Assembly (NCBI GenBank): GCA_041661505.1
Contig: JBAZUF010000002.1
Location: 140,201-204,200 of the forward strand
Length of the DNA stretch: 64,000 nt
Reading direction: 5' to 3'
Origin: Patescibacteria group bacterium
GTDB taxonomy: Bacteria > Patescibacteriota > Patescibacteriia > Patescibacteriales > JBAZCA01
Shown in pieces: positions 10,133 to 18,476 of the stretch. Both the position numbers and the translations under genes were made by a program. The notes beneath the pieces are model-generated. The model saw nothing but the letters and a program-made list of their open reading frames with translations, made no database searches and was not told the origin of the DNA. Every line of letters starts with the position of its first letter. The first letter of the stretch is position 1.

Positions 10133-11383
10133 ATGCAGGAGAAAAAAATATATTTAGATAACGCGGCGACAACGCCGGTTAGCGAGGAAGTTTTAAAGGA
10201 AATGTTTCCCTATTTTAGCGTTTTGTTCGGGAATGCCTCGTCATTTCATTCTTTCGGCCACGCCGCCGCCGCCGCCGTTGGCCTGGCCCGGGAAAGGGCG
10301 GCTAAATATTTTGGCGTTAGTCCGGAAGAGATTGTATTTACGTCGGGCGCTACCGAATCCAACAACTTGGCGATTAAAGGAGCAGTCAAAAGATTTTACG
10401 AGTTAAACAGGAAAGAGGATGCAAAACCGCATATTATTACTTCATCCTTCGAGCATCATTGCGTTTTAGATAGCTGCAAGGCCGCAGAAAAAGAAGGCTT
10501 GGCCGAAGTTACTTTTTTATTGCCCGAGGCTGACGGTGTTATGGACGCGAAAAAAGTAATGGCCGCCATAAAGCCGAACACGATTCTGATTTCTCTCATG
10601 TATGTGAATAACGAAATAGGAACCGTCCAGCCGATTGCCGAACTCGGAGAGTTAATAAAAGAAGAAAATAAAAAACGCGGGCAAAAGATTATTTTTCATA
10701 CTGATGCGACCCAGGCCATTGATTATTTTGACTGCCATGTCGACCGGCTGGGCGTTGGTTTATTATCAATGTCGGCTCACAAGATCTACGGCCCCAAAGG
10801 CATTGGCCTCCTGTACATAAAAAAAGGGACGCCGATTACAAAAATTCAGACCGGCGGCGGCCAGGAAGGAAGAATGCGGGCCGGGACATTAAATGTTCCG
10901 GGCATTGTCGGTTTAGGGAAAGCTATTTCCATGATTGATTCGGGAAAAAATAAAAAAGTAGCCGATCTCCGGGATTATTTGATTAATAGGATTTTAAAAG
11001 AAATCCCGGACACGACTTTAAACGGCTCCTGCGAATTGCGCTCCCCCAATAACGCCAATATTAGTTTTAAAAACGTTGAAGGCGAGAGCCTTTTGATGCT
11101 TCTCGATATGCATGGCATTGCGGTTTCAACCGGTTCGGCTTGTTCGTCCGATTCACTCGAACCATCTCATGTTCTCCTTTCAATAGGGAGAAAGCATGAA
11201 GAGGCGCACGGCTCAATCCGGATGACTTTGGGAAAGTATAATACCCGGGAAGAAATCGATTATACCGTAGAAAAATTAAAAGAATCGGTAGCCAAATTAA
11301 GAAAAGTTTCCGGAGGCGTCTTAACGGATTTTTACAAAGAAAAAGCGGCTGGCCGGGTTATGGAAGATGACCATGATCATTAA
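10133..11383 (+). CDS. iscS: Cysteine desulfurase (NifS/IscS type)
   Basis: 416 aa with IYLDNAATTP, the PLP-lysine context SMSAHKIYGPKGIG and the active-site loop STGSACSS. Confidence 0.92.
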   Translation: MQEKKIYLDNAATTPVSEEVLKEMFPYFSVLFGNASSFHSFGHAAAAAVGLARERAAKYFGVSPEEIVFTSGATESNNLAIKGAVKRFYELNRKEDAKPHIITSSFEHHCVLDSCKAAEKEGLAEVTFLLPEADGVMDAKKVMAAIKPNTILISLMYVNNEIGTVQPIAELGELIKEENKKRGQKIIFHTDATQAIDYFDCHVDRLGVGLLSMSAHKIYGPKGIGLLYIKKGTPITKIQTGGGQEGRMRAGTLNVPGIVGLGKAISMIDSGKNKKVADLRDYLINRILKEIPDTTLNGSCELRSPNNANISFKNVEGESLLMLLDMHGIAVSTGSACSSDSLEPSHVLLSIGRKHEEAHGSIRMTLGKYNTREEIDYTVEKLKESVAKLRKVSGGVLTDFYKEKAAGRVMEDDHDH

Positions 11384-11443
11384 GCTGGCTTTAAAAAATT
11401 AAAACAATTGATATTTGAAAATTGACAATTGTAAATTAATTCT

Positions 11444-11815
11444 ATGGACTACTCAAAAAAATTAATCGACCATTTTACCAATCCGCGCAACCAGGGCAAG
11501 ATGGATAATCCGTCCTCGGTCGGCGTAGTCGGCAACCCGGTTTGCGGCGATTTAATGAAATTATATTTAGACGTTAAGGACGGCGTGATTAATGATATTA
11601 AATTTGAAACTTTGGGTTGCGCGTCCGCTATCGCCACTTCCAGTATGGTAACCGAATTGGCTAAAGGCAAAACTCTGGACGAAGCCGAAAGGATTACGAG
11701 GAACGACGTGGCCGACGCCTTAGAAGGCCTTCCCCCGATTAAAATGCACTGCTCTAATTTAGCGGCCGATGCCCTAAAAAAAGCCATTGCGGATTACAGG
11801 GAAAAGAATAAATAA
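11444..11815 (+). CDS. iscU: Fe-S cluster scaffold (IscU / NifU N-terminal domain)
   Basis: 123 aa with HFTNPRNQG, GNPVCGD, GCASAIATSS and HCSNLA motifs. Confidence 0.92.
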   Translation: MDYSKKLIDHFTNPRNQGKMDNPSSVGVVGNPVCGDLMKLYLDVKDGVINDIKFETLGCASAIATSSMVTELAKGKTLDEAERITRNDVADALEGLPPIKMHCSNLAADALKKAIADYREKNK

Positions 11816-11833
11816 TTTTTTTCAAATAAAAGA

Positions 11834-11864
11834 GGCAGGAACTAAACCCGGGTTCCTGCCTTTT
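11834..11864. terminator. Hairpin terminator between convergent iscU and the alpha-CTD-like gene
   Basis: Stem GGCAGGAAC/GTTCCTGCC (11834-11842 / 11852-11860), then TTTT. An A-run on the other side allows use from both strands. Confidence 0.65.
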
Positions 11865-11884
11865 AAATTGTTAGTTGCAAAGAG

Positions 11885-12106
11885 CTAGTAAGGCTTCAAC
11901 TCCAGCCCGAGATCAGCCAGGACGTGCTCCACCTCGGCCCAGGATTTCCAGCTGAAGTTTTTGCAGTGGAGGAGCTCCTGCCGCGTTTTTCGGAGGAGGT
12001 CCAAAACCGTAACCACCTCCAAATGGCGCAGAGTCAGGTAAGCCCGTGTAGATAAGCCCAAGTCCTTAACCTTTTTTTCCAGAATTTCAATATTGACCAT
12101 ACTCAC
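11885..12106 (-). CDS. Stand-alone RNA polymerase alpha-subunit C-terminal-domain-like protein
   Basis: 73 aa. [58 protein letters not shown] aligns position by position with E. coli alpha-CTD [58 protein letters not shown]. Confidence 0.75.
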   Translation of the reverse strand: [73 protein letters not shown]

Positions 12107-12122
12107 TCCTTTGATAAACAGA

Positions 12123-12590
12123 TTAAATGCTGGCGAGTATTAAATCAATCTCGCCGATTTCTTTTTCTAAAATATTTCTTTTGAGGTTGAGTAGTTCTTT
12201 GGCTCTATTGGGGAAGATGTATTCATGCTGTTCATGTGATATAAGTCGAATTTGAAAAACCTCCTCGTTTTTGCTGAAAAAGAGGGTATCTCCTTCGCAA
12301 TCGTTATAATCGCAGGGACAATGAAGGAGCCGAACGCGATAATTGGGTCCGTTGTTCGAACGTTGAAGTTTTTCCTCAAGCATTTCCTTGATTTCGGTAA
12401 ACAAATCCCCTTCTCTCTCAATTTCAGTTTCTGTTTGGAGCTCGCTAATTTTAGGAGGTAGGTCTTCTCCCATTTCTATCTCTTTTCCTTCGAAAAGCAC
12501 TTTGCCCCAATTTTTTTCCGACACAGCTGTTCTAAAGGATGCTATAGAATCAGAAATCAAGTCCGCCAGCTTAAACATATTTTTCTCCAA
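12123..12590 (-). CDS. Hypothetical acidic protein with HCPCDYNDC motif, co-transcribed with the alpha-CTD-like gene
   Basis: 155-aa ORF, 16 nt upstream of the alpha-CTD-like gene, preceded by a near-consensus promoter. No family recognised. Confidence 0.5.
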   Translation of the reverse strand: MEKNMFKLADLISDSIASFRTAVSEKNWGKVLFEGKEIEMGEDLPPKISELQTETEIEREGDLFTEIKEMLEEKLQRSNNGPNYRVRLLHCPCDYNDCEGDTLFFSKNEEVFQIRLISHEQHEYIFPNRAKELLNLKRNILEKEIGEIDLILASI

Positions 12591-12658
12591 TCATATTTTT
12601 TGGTTAGAGTTGTAATGAACTTTTTTCTTTTCAAGCCCACTTTGAGCTTGAACTTTGT

Positions 12659-12687
12659 ATAATAGCACATGAATAATATATTGTCAA
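12659..12687 (-). promoter_or_regulatory. Sigma-70-type promoter (minus strand) for the 12590..11885 gene pair
   Basis: The minus strand reads TTGACA (12687-12682), 17-nt spacer, TATTAT (12664-12659). Confidence 0.55.
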
Positions 12688-12766
12688 GTATGAACGACAA
12701 AAAAAGGATAAAATTTGCTCTTTAATAAAGATGAATAATAATAATATGTAATATTGTGGAAAAATA

Positions 12767-12795
12767 TTGACACAAATCGCACTTTGGTGTATAAT
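12767..12795 (+). promoter_or_regulatory. Consensus sigma-70 promoter for the TrmB-family regulator gene
   Basis: TTGACA (12767-12772), 17-nt spacer, TATAAT (12790-12795) preceded by TG. Confidence 0.7.
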
Positions 12796-12836
12796 GAAAA
12801 TAAGGCCCAAAATTGGCCCTAAATGTGAGTAAATAT

Positions 12837-13601
12837 ATGATCAGCCAAAAAGAGTTAATTGGGCTGGGGTTTAATAAAAAGGAAGCAAAAGTGTATTTGG
12901 CCCTATTGGAATTAGGGCCGGGAACTGCCACGGAAATTGCCCGAAAGGCCGGAATCAATCGGACGACCAGCTATGATATTTTAGAAGCGCTTTCCAGTAA
13001 TGGGTTAGTGCATTTACTCGCCGATACCAAGGTGCAAAAATACGCGGCCGAACGCCCGGAAAAAGTTATTGGCTATCTGGAAAAAAAAATAAAGGAGACC
13101 GAGGGGCAGTTAAAAATGGCCCAGTCGCTTTTGCCCCAGCTTTTGTCAATTTATTCAACCAAAGAAAAACCCAAGGTAAAATTTTTTGAAGGAGTGGAAG
13201 GAATGCGGGAAGCGTTTTCCGATACTTTGACTGCCGAAAAAGAAATTTTAGCTTTTGCCGTCGGCGAGGATATGAACAAAGCTTTGGGCGAGAAATATTT
13301 TAAAGATTATTTTAAGAAAAGGACTTTAAAAAATGTTTCGGTCCGGGTAATCGCGCCGGATACGCCGGAGTCCCGGGCAGTAGCGGCGAATGACATGGAA
13401 GAAATGCGGACTTCCCTTTTAGTACCGGCCGATAAGTTTTATTTCTCGATTGAAATGAATATTTATAATAATAAAATTATGGTCGCAAGCTGGAGAGAAA
13501 AGTTTGCGATAATAATCGAGTCCGAAGAAATCGCGGGAGCCCAAAAGAAAATTTTTGAGCTCTCATGGATGGGTGCTAAAAGTATCCAAATTGCCGAGTA
13601 G
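12837..13601 (+). CDS. TrmB-family transcriptional regulator
   Basis: N-terminal wHTH LIGLGFNKKEAKVYLALLELGPGTATEIARKAGINRTTSYDILEAL. The ATG at 12837 is preferred over the TTG at 12813 given in the ORF track. Confidence 0.8.
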   Translation: MISQKELIGLGFNKKEAKVYLALLELGPGTATEIARKAGINRTTSYDILEALSSNGLVHLLADTKVQKYAAERPEKVIGYLEKKIKETEGQLKMAQSLLPQLLSIYSTKEKPKVKFFEGVEGMREAFSDTLTAEKEILAFAVGEDMNKALGEKYFKDYFKKRTLKNVSVRVIAPDTPESRAVAANDMEEMRTSLLVPADKFYFSIEMNIYNNKIMVASWREKFAIIIESEEIAGAQKKIFELSWMGAKSIQIAE

Positions 13602-13610
13602 CGGAAAAAT

Positions 13611-13645
13611 AAAAAATCCACCGCTTTGCCCGCGGTGGATTTTTG
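13611..13645. terminator. Bidirectional hairpin terminator
   Basis: Stem AAATCCACCGC/GCGGTGGATTT (13614-13624 / 13632-13642), flanked by A-run and T-run, between convergent genes. Confidence 0.7.
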
Positions 13646-13657
13646 AATGAATAAAAT

Positions 13658-14362
13658 TTATTTTTTTGCCAGTTTGGTAAAAAGCGGCCCATACATATCG
13701 TCTTCAATATCGATTCGCAGTTCCATGCGGTTAACTCTGTTTGAAAATTCTACCGGCGCGCCTTCGATTACTGCTAAAGGCTGTCTTTCGGCTCCCTCGC
13801 CCATAACTATGACCGCGGCCGACGCTAAACTGTCGGCTAAGTCGAGGCGCGAATATTCGAACTTCCGGCCAAAAATATCTTTAGTCTTTCGATAATCCCT
13901 TATACCTTTAAAGCCGGCATAGCCTAGGGCTACGCCGGAAACTCCGGCTCTTAAAGGAATAGTCCGGCTGTCAGTTACTAATACCCCCAAACGTCTGACA
14001 TGGTAATGCTTTTTTAGCTTCTTTCTTAAGGCATCAGCCGTTTTAAAACTATCTTTAGGCAGTAAAATTAATTTGCCGTTGGCGTTTGATTCGTCAATCC
14101 CGGCCGAAGGCATAACCGCGCCATCTTTAATTGTCAGCCAGACATGCTTAGTTTCCATCGACCACTCGCTTTCTTCTTGGATAAGTTTTTCTTTAGCGCG
14201 TTCATCCTTGGCAACGGCCGTCCTTCTTTCCGATAGAGCAATTATTTTTGAAGTAACAACTAAAATTGAGCCATCTTTCAGAGGTTTAATGTTTTCTAAG
14301 ATAAAATTAATGACGTCTTCGCCTTCTCTAAATATTCTGGTTTTAACCGGTGTGACTATCAT
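13658..14362 (-). CDS. CofE-family (F420-0:gamma-glutamyl ligase-like) protein
   Basis: 234 aa. Matches the F420_ligase family pattern: GSILVVTSKIIALSE, SAGIDESNA, LLPKD, VLVTDSRTIPLRAGVSGVALGYAG, ADSLASAAVIVMGEGAE. Confidence 0.78.
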   Translation of the reverse strand: MIVTPVKTRIFREGEDVINFILENIKPLKDGSILVVTSKIIALSERRTAVAKDERAKEKLIQEESEWSMETKHVWLTIKDGAVMPSAGIDESNANGKLILLPKDSFKTADALRKKLKKHYHVRRLGVLVTDSRTIPLRAGVSGVALGYAGFKGIRDYRKTKDIFGRKFEYSRLDLADSLASAAVIVMGEGAERQPLAVIEGAPVEFSNRVNRMELRIDIEDDMYGPLFTKLAKK

Positions 14363-15042
14363 GCGGTTGCTTCAGTTTCTTTAATCTGATCCGGCTTTCC
14401 GGAGGCATTCTTGTCTCTTAATAGCCAAAGGCCGATGTAAGAAAGCGGAGTATAGGCGGCGCCCATAGCGACTTTATAAAGCCACCAGGTGATTATGATG
14501 CTGATTAACGTGTTATTAGGATAGATGCCGTAAAAAGCAATGACCATGAATATGGCCGAATCTAAAAATTGAGACCAAACGTTTGACAAATTAGAGCGGA
14601 GCCAAAAATTTTTAATTCCCCATTTTTCTTTAAATAAAAAGAAAGTGAAAACATCCTGGTACTCGGCGATTAGGAAGGCGGCGAGAGATGCGACTGCTAT
14701 GCGGATAGAAATACCGTAAATCTGGTCATACCCGGCTTGCGCCCAAAGGCCGGCCGCGGACCAGGGCATGGCTAGAGAAAGGAAGGAGTAAAGAATGAAA
14801 ACAGCCGTGGCGAGAAAACCGGCTAAAACAAAAAACCGGGCCACTTTTTTCCCGTACACTTCGCCAATAACATCAGTCATCAAAAAAACAATGGGAAAAG
14901 AAAAAACCCCGACCGAAAGATGGGAGCCGAATAGAAAGGGCATGATTTTTAGCCCTAAAGTGTTGGCGGCAAAAAGCGAAGCCAGGTACAAAGACAAGGC
15001 GATAACAATTTTTTTGAACGACGTTTCTGAAAATTGAAGCAT
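14359..15042 (-). CDS. yhhQ: Queuosine-precursor transporter (YhhQ/VUT family)
   Basis: 227 aa, polytopic. FPIVFLMTDVIGEVYGKK is the family signature region. The stop overlaps the start of the CofE-like gene by 4 nt. Confidence 0.78.
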   Translation of the reverse strand: MLQFSETSFKKIVIALSLYLASLFAANTLGLKIMPFLFGSHLSVGVFSFPIVFLMTDVIGEVYGKKVARFFVLAGFLATAVFILYSFLSLAMPWSAAGLWAQAGYDQIYGISIRIAVASLAAFLIAEYQDVFTFFLFKEKWGIKNFWLRSNLSNVWSQFLDSAIFMVIAFYGIYPNNTLISIIITWWLYKVAMGAAYTPLSYIGLWLLRDKNASGKPDQIKETEATA

Positions 15043-15103
15043 AGCGTGCTAATAATGAATAGTTAATTAATAAATAGCCCGTCAGAAGACGGTCTTTATT
15101 TTG

Positions 15104-15176
15104 TGGACTGTAGGAGACTCGAACTCCTCACCTCCTGCGTGCAAAGCAGGCGCTCTACCAGATGAGCTAACAGCCC
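15104..15176 (-). tRNA. tRNA-Ala (anticodon UGC)
   Basis: The reverse complement GGGCTGTTAGCTCATCTGGTAGAGCGCCTGCTTTGCACGCAGGAGGTGAGGAGTTCGAGTCTCCTACAGTCCA folds as a cloverleaf. It has the G3:U70 alanine identity pair and anticodon loop CUUUGCACG. No CCA is encoded. Confidence 0.93.
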
Positions 15177-15263
15177 GGCTGTGTTTTATTATAAAAAATT
15201 ACTATACCGTGGAGAATTAAAAAAGTCAATTTAAACTTCGCGGTTTTCGGCCTATAAGACGGA

Positions 15264-15521
15264 TTATCTTGGCGTAGAAACGCGCATTAGCGGCCCCAAA
15301 AGCCAGCCTAAAAATCCGCCGATCAGGTTAGTCAGAACCAGAGTGCCGATAAAGAAAATCACAATCCCCAAAAGCTTATATCCCAGCCTTGACCCTCCTT
15401 CGGTTCCTAAATACCTCTCGAAAAAATTAATCCGCCCGAAAGTGGCGAGCATAGCTTCGGATTTAATGGTAGTAATAGCTCCGGCCGCGATGATAACCAA
15501 GCCTAAAATAATGTGCTGCAT
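15264..15521 (-). CDS. Small two-TM membrane protein
   Basis: 85 aa with two hydrophobic helices. It starts 3 nt downstream of the stop of the M23 peptidase gene. Confidence 0.5.
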   Translation of the reverse strand: MQHIILGLVIIAAGAITTIKSEAMLATFGRINFFERYLGTEGGSRLGYKLLGIVIFFIGTLVLTNLIGGFLGWLLGPLMRVSTPR

Positions 15522-15523
15522 AG

Positions 15524-16873
15524 TTATTTTACGTAATTTAATGGGTTATATTTAGTCCCGTTAATCATGATCTCAAAATGCAGATGGGAGCCGGTTGACC
15601 AGCCGGTAGAGCCCATAGCGCCGATGGATTCGCCTTTTTCGACGTCCTGACCGTTTGTGCAATAGAATTTTGAAAGATGGGCGTAGCGGGTTTTCTTTCC
15701 TCCTCCGTGGTCAATGACGATATTATTTCCATAGCCGTTTGACCAGCCCCTAAAGACAACCGTTCCGGCATCAGCGGCATAAATTGGAGTTCCGACTTTA
15801 TTGGCAATATCAATGGCCGTGTGCCTCCAGGAATAGTATTGGGTGATGCGGTATCCGGAAGTCGGCCAATTCATCTTGTTGCCGAAAATAGGCTTGGAGC
15901 TCAAAGGCTTGATTAGGTTTTTTAAGATGGAAATGCCGGTGTAGGCGACCTGGGTCGGCTGGCGATACTGGGTGGATTCAATTTTTCTTCCGCCAGGGAT
16001 GACCAATTTTTCGCTGGCGCGGATTCCGCCAGCGCTCGCCAATTTGTTGGTCTTTAAAATATCGTCGGCTGATACCCCGTAGCGGTTGGCTATGCTGGTA
16101 AGCGTATCTCCGCGAGCCACTTTGTAAGTTACTCCCGAAACCGGCAAAATCGCCAGCTGGTCGCCAGGCCGAATCAAGCTATAAGCGGTCAAATTATTTT
16201 CCCAAAGAATGGTGTTGACGGTGATGCCGAATTTCTGGGCAATGGTCGAAACCGTATCGCCGTCCGCCACCGCATAGTTAATAATATTATCGCGGGCCCG
16301 GATAATTTTATCGGTGGATACGATATCCGGCTTTAAAAGAGCGGTTCCGCCCTGGGAAATTAAAGTTAGTTCGGCTTCATCGTTTTGCTCCTGGGTCGAA
16401 GCCCGGGGCTGGGATTTTAACGCGTTCTGGCCTTCTAAATAATTTTTTGCTACCGGCGATGCGGTAGTTTGATCGTCGATTTTTTCTTCAATCAGCTGGT
16501 CGTCTATGGGAGCTCCGAATTCGTTTTGGATTAAGCTGTAAAGAATCGGCTTACTTGCATTGGCGATTAAAGACTGGGAAGCGGTGGAATCAGCGATATT
16601 AGAAAAGAGGATGACGGCGGCAATGGCTGCCATCAATACATGGATCAATTTCTGATTAATGAAATTCCAGGTCGGGCTATTAGCCAAGCCGCTTCTTTTT
16701 ACGGCAAAAAGGTAAAGCCTATAGACTTTGACAACCAGCTTATAAAAAATAAATCTCAAAACCGGCCGGCCGAGATAATTATAGAAATAAACAAGGGCTT
16801 TAAAAACAATGCCCTTCAAGATGACCAGGAATTTAAAAAGCCGGATTGCGAATTCAACAAAAAAAACAATCAC
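15524..16873 (-). CDS. LysM-domain M23 family metallopeptidase (peptidoglycan hydrolase)
   Basis: Two LysM repeats (YAVADGDTVSTIAQKFGITVNTILWENNL and YKVARGDTLTSIANRYGVSADDILKTNKL). The M23 core has HTAIDIA, GYGNNIVIDHGGG and GSTGWSTGSHLHFEI. The start is uncertain: GTG at 16873, or ATG at 16633. Confidence 0.88.
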   Translation of the reverse strand: MIVFFVEFAIRLFKFLVILKGIVFKALVYFYNYLGRPVLRFIFYKLVVKVYRLYLFAVKRSGLANSPTWNFINQKLIHVLMAAIAAVILFSNIADSTASQSLIANASKPILYSLIQNEFGAPIDDQLIEEKIDDQTTASPVAKNYLEGQNALKSQPRASTQEQNDEAELTLISQGGTALLKPDIVSTDKIIRARDNIINYAVADGDTVSTIAQKFGITVNTILWENNLTAYSLIRPGDQLAILPVSGVTYKVARGDTLTSIANRYGVSADDILKTNKLASAGGIRASEKLVIPGGRKIESTQYRQPTQVAYTGISILKNLIKPLSSKPIFGNKMNWPTSGYRITQYYSWRHTAIDIANKVGTPIYAADAGTVVFRGWSNGYGNNIVIDHGGGKKTRYAHLSKFYCTNGQDVEKGESIGAMGSTGWSTGSHLHFEIMINGTKYNPLNYVK

Positions 16874-17056
16874 GCTTTTTAAAAAGCGTCCGTTACTTTT
16901 TCTTTTTTGGGGTTTGTAGTACCTAATATATTTTAAATCGGATTAAGTACTAGGGGGGGGCATGGGGCGGAAAAGAGGCTAATTGGCAAGGACCGGACGT
17001 TTCAACTGGCAACATCCTATTCTATTTTTGTCTGCCTGACGTTAGACAGGTTTTTG

Positions 17057-17129
17057 TGCGCCGTACTGGATTCGAACCAGTGACCGTTTGCTTAAGAGGC
17101 AACTGCTCTACCAGCTGAGCTAACGGCGC
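17057..17129 (-). tRNA. tRNA-Lys (anticodon CUU)
   Basis: The reverse complement GCGCCGTTAGCTCAGCTGGTAGAGCAGTTGCCTCTTAAGCAAACGGTCACTGGTTCGAATCCAGTACGGCGCA folds as a cloverleaf with anticodon loop CUCUUAA. No CCA is encoded. Confidence 0.92.
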
Positions 17130-17321
17130 GTTTTTATCTAATGTTAAAGAGTTTAAATGGCTCTGGAAATTAAAAAAGGATAATGAATATCAGCCATTTG
17201 GCTTTGTTTTGTGTAAGCCGCGAGGCCTCAATTCTTCTATCCCGTAAAGCCCGCCACACGGGTCATGCAAGTATAAATACCTTAACATAATGCCCTATTT
17301 TTTTCAACCCGAATTCTATTT

Positions 17322-17368
17322 ATAAAAAAGAAGCGGGAATAAAAAGATTTGCTCTTATATTCCCGCTT
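17322..17368 (-). terminator. Rho-independent terminator of the HisG-like operon
   Basis: 11-bp stem AAGCGGGAATA/TATTCCCGCTT (17331-17341 / 17358-17368). On the minus strand it is followed by CTTTTTTATAAA. Confidence 0.7.
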
Positions 17369-17429
17369 AAACATATTTTTTAGACTTGGCTTAAGTTCAA
17401 CAAAGAACAATCATGCAAGTCAATTGCTC

Positions 17430-18467
17430 TTAAAGGCCTGGCACATAGCAATCATAAGGAGGATCCTTTAATAAAGTGATCCCCATGCATTTACCACCGA
17501 ATTGTTCCCATCGGATGCAAGCAAGACAAGGCCCGATTCCTTCGCAATCATTTTGGGAAAATTCTGGAATTTTTACCATGGAGCGCATTACGCAGGGGAT
17601 TTCCCAGGTTGGCACGATATCCTCAACGCCGATTTGTAGGAGTTCAAATGAAATTAGGTCCCATTCTTTTTTCGGAACGAATGAGTTGAGGGCGTACCAG
17701 CCTTCAGGGCCGTGCAAAGGAGCACGGGTCGGCCCCTTAAGTCCTCCTATGATTTTAGCCGCTCTATCAAGAAGCGTTTCGGGAACATTGGCGGTAATAC
17801 CCATGTAAACTGAGGCAATATATGCGCCCTCAATTAATCGAGCAAACCAGTCTATCTTGAGCCACTTTTTTTCATCCTCCAATGATTTTGGGTTGGCGAT
17901 AATGACCGTGTTGGATTTCATGATTGTGCCGATAATTTTTAGTCCGTTAGCCTCAAGCGAACTGCCGGTTTCCGTTACATCAATAATGCCGTCAGTCCCG
18001 TACCGGATTTTTGCTTCAGTGTTGCCGTATGAGGGTTTAATGATAATATCCGGCCGATCAATGATTCGGAAAAATTTTTCAGCCAGCCGGGCGTATTCAG
18101 TAGCAACAATGCTTTTAGATGGTAAATCATTAGGGGTTTGAGCCGGGTTCTCTTTTGACACTGCCATTATGATATTCACAGCTCTATTGCTTTTCCGGCC
18201 TATGGCCATGGAAAGCAAGGTCGGGAAGCCAAGGTTGCAATCCGCCAGCCAGTCTTCCCCTGCTATGGCAACATCAAAATATCCTTCAGCCATAAAATCA
18301 GGAATTTCTTGGGGTCGCTCAAAAACGACTTGGCTAATCCATTGTACATCCACTTTCCCTATGTTTGAGCGTTCAGCTTCAAATCTGATAGGAAGGCCGG
18401 CTTTCCCAAAAAGCTCCATCACTTTCAATTTCATTGATCCATCCGGTACAACGATGTTCAGTCCCAT
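17430..18467 (-). CDS. hisG: Long-form ATP phosphoribosyltransferase (HisG) homologue with an extra Cys-rich C-terminal tail
   Basis: 345 aa, colinear with E. coli HisG. Matches: [11 protein letters not shown].. to [31 protein letters not shown] to [34 protein letters not shown] to DLVSTGATLEANGL (PRPP loop). The HisG_C-like domain is present. An additional tail of about 50 aa reads [33 protein letters not shown]. Confidence 0.8.
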   Translation of the reverse strand: [345 protein letters not shown]

Positions 18468-18476
18468 TGTTTTCTC

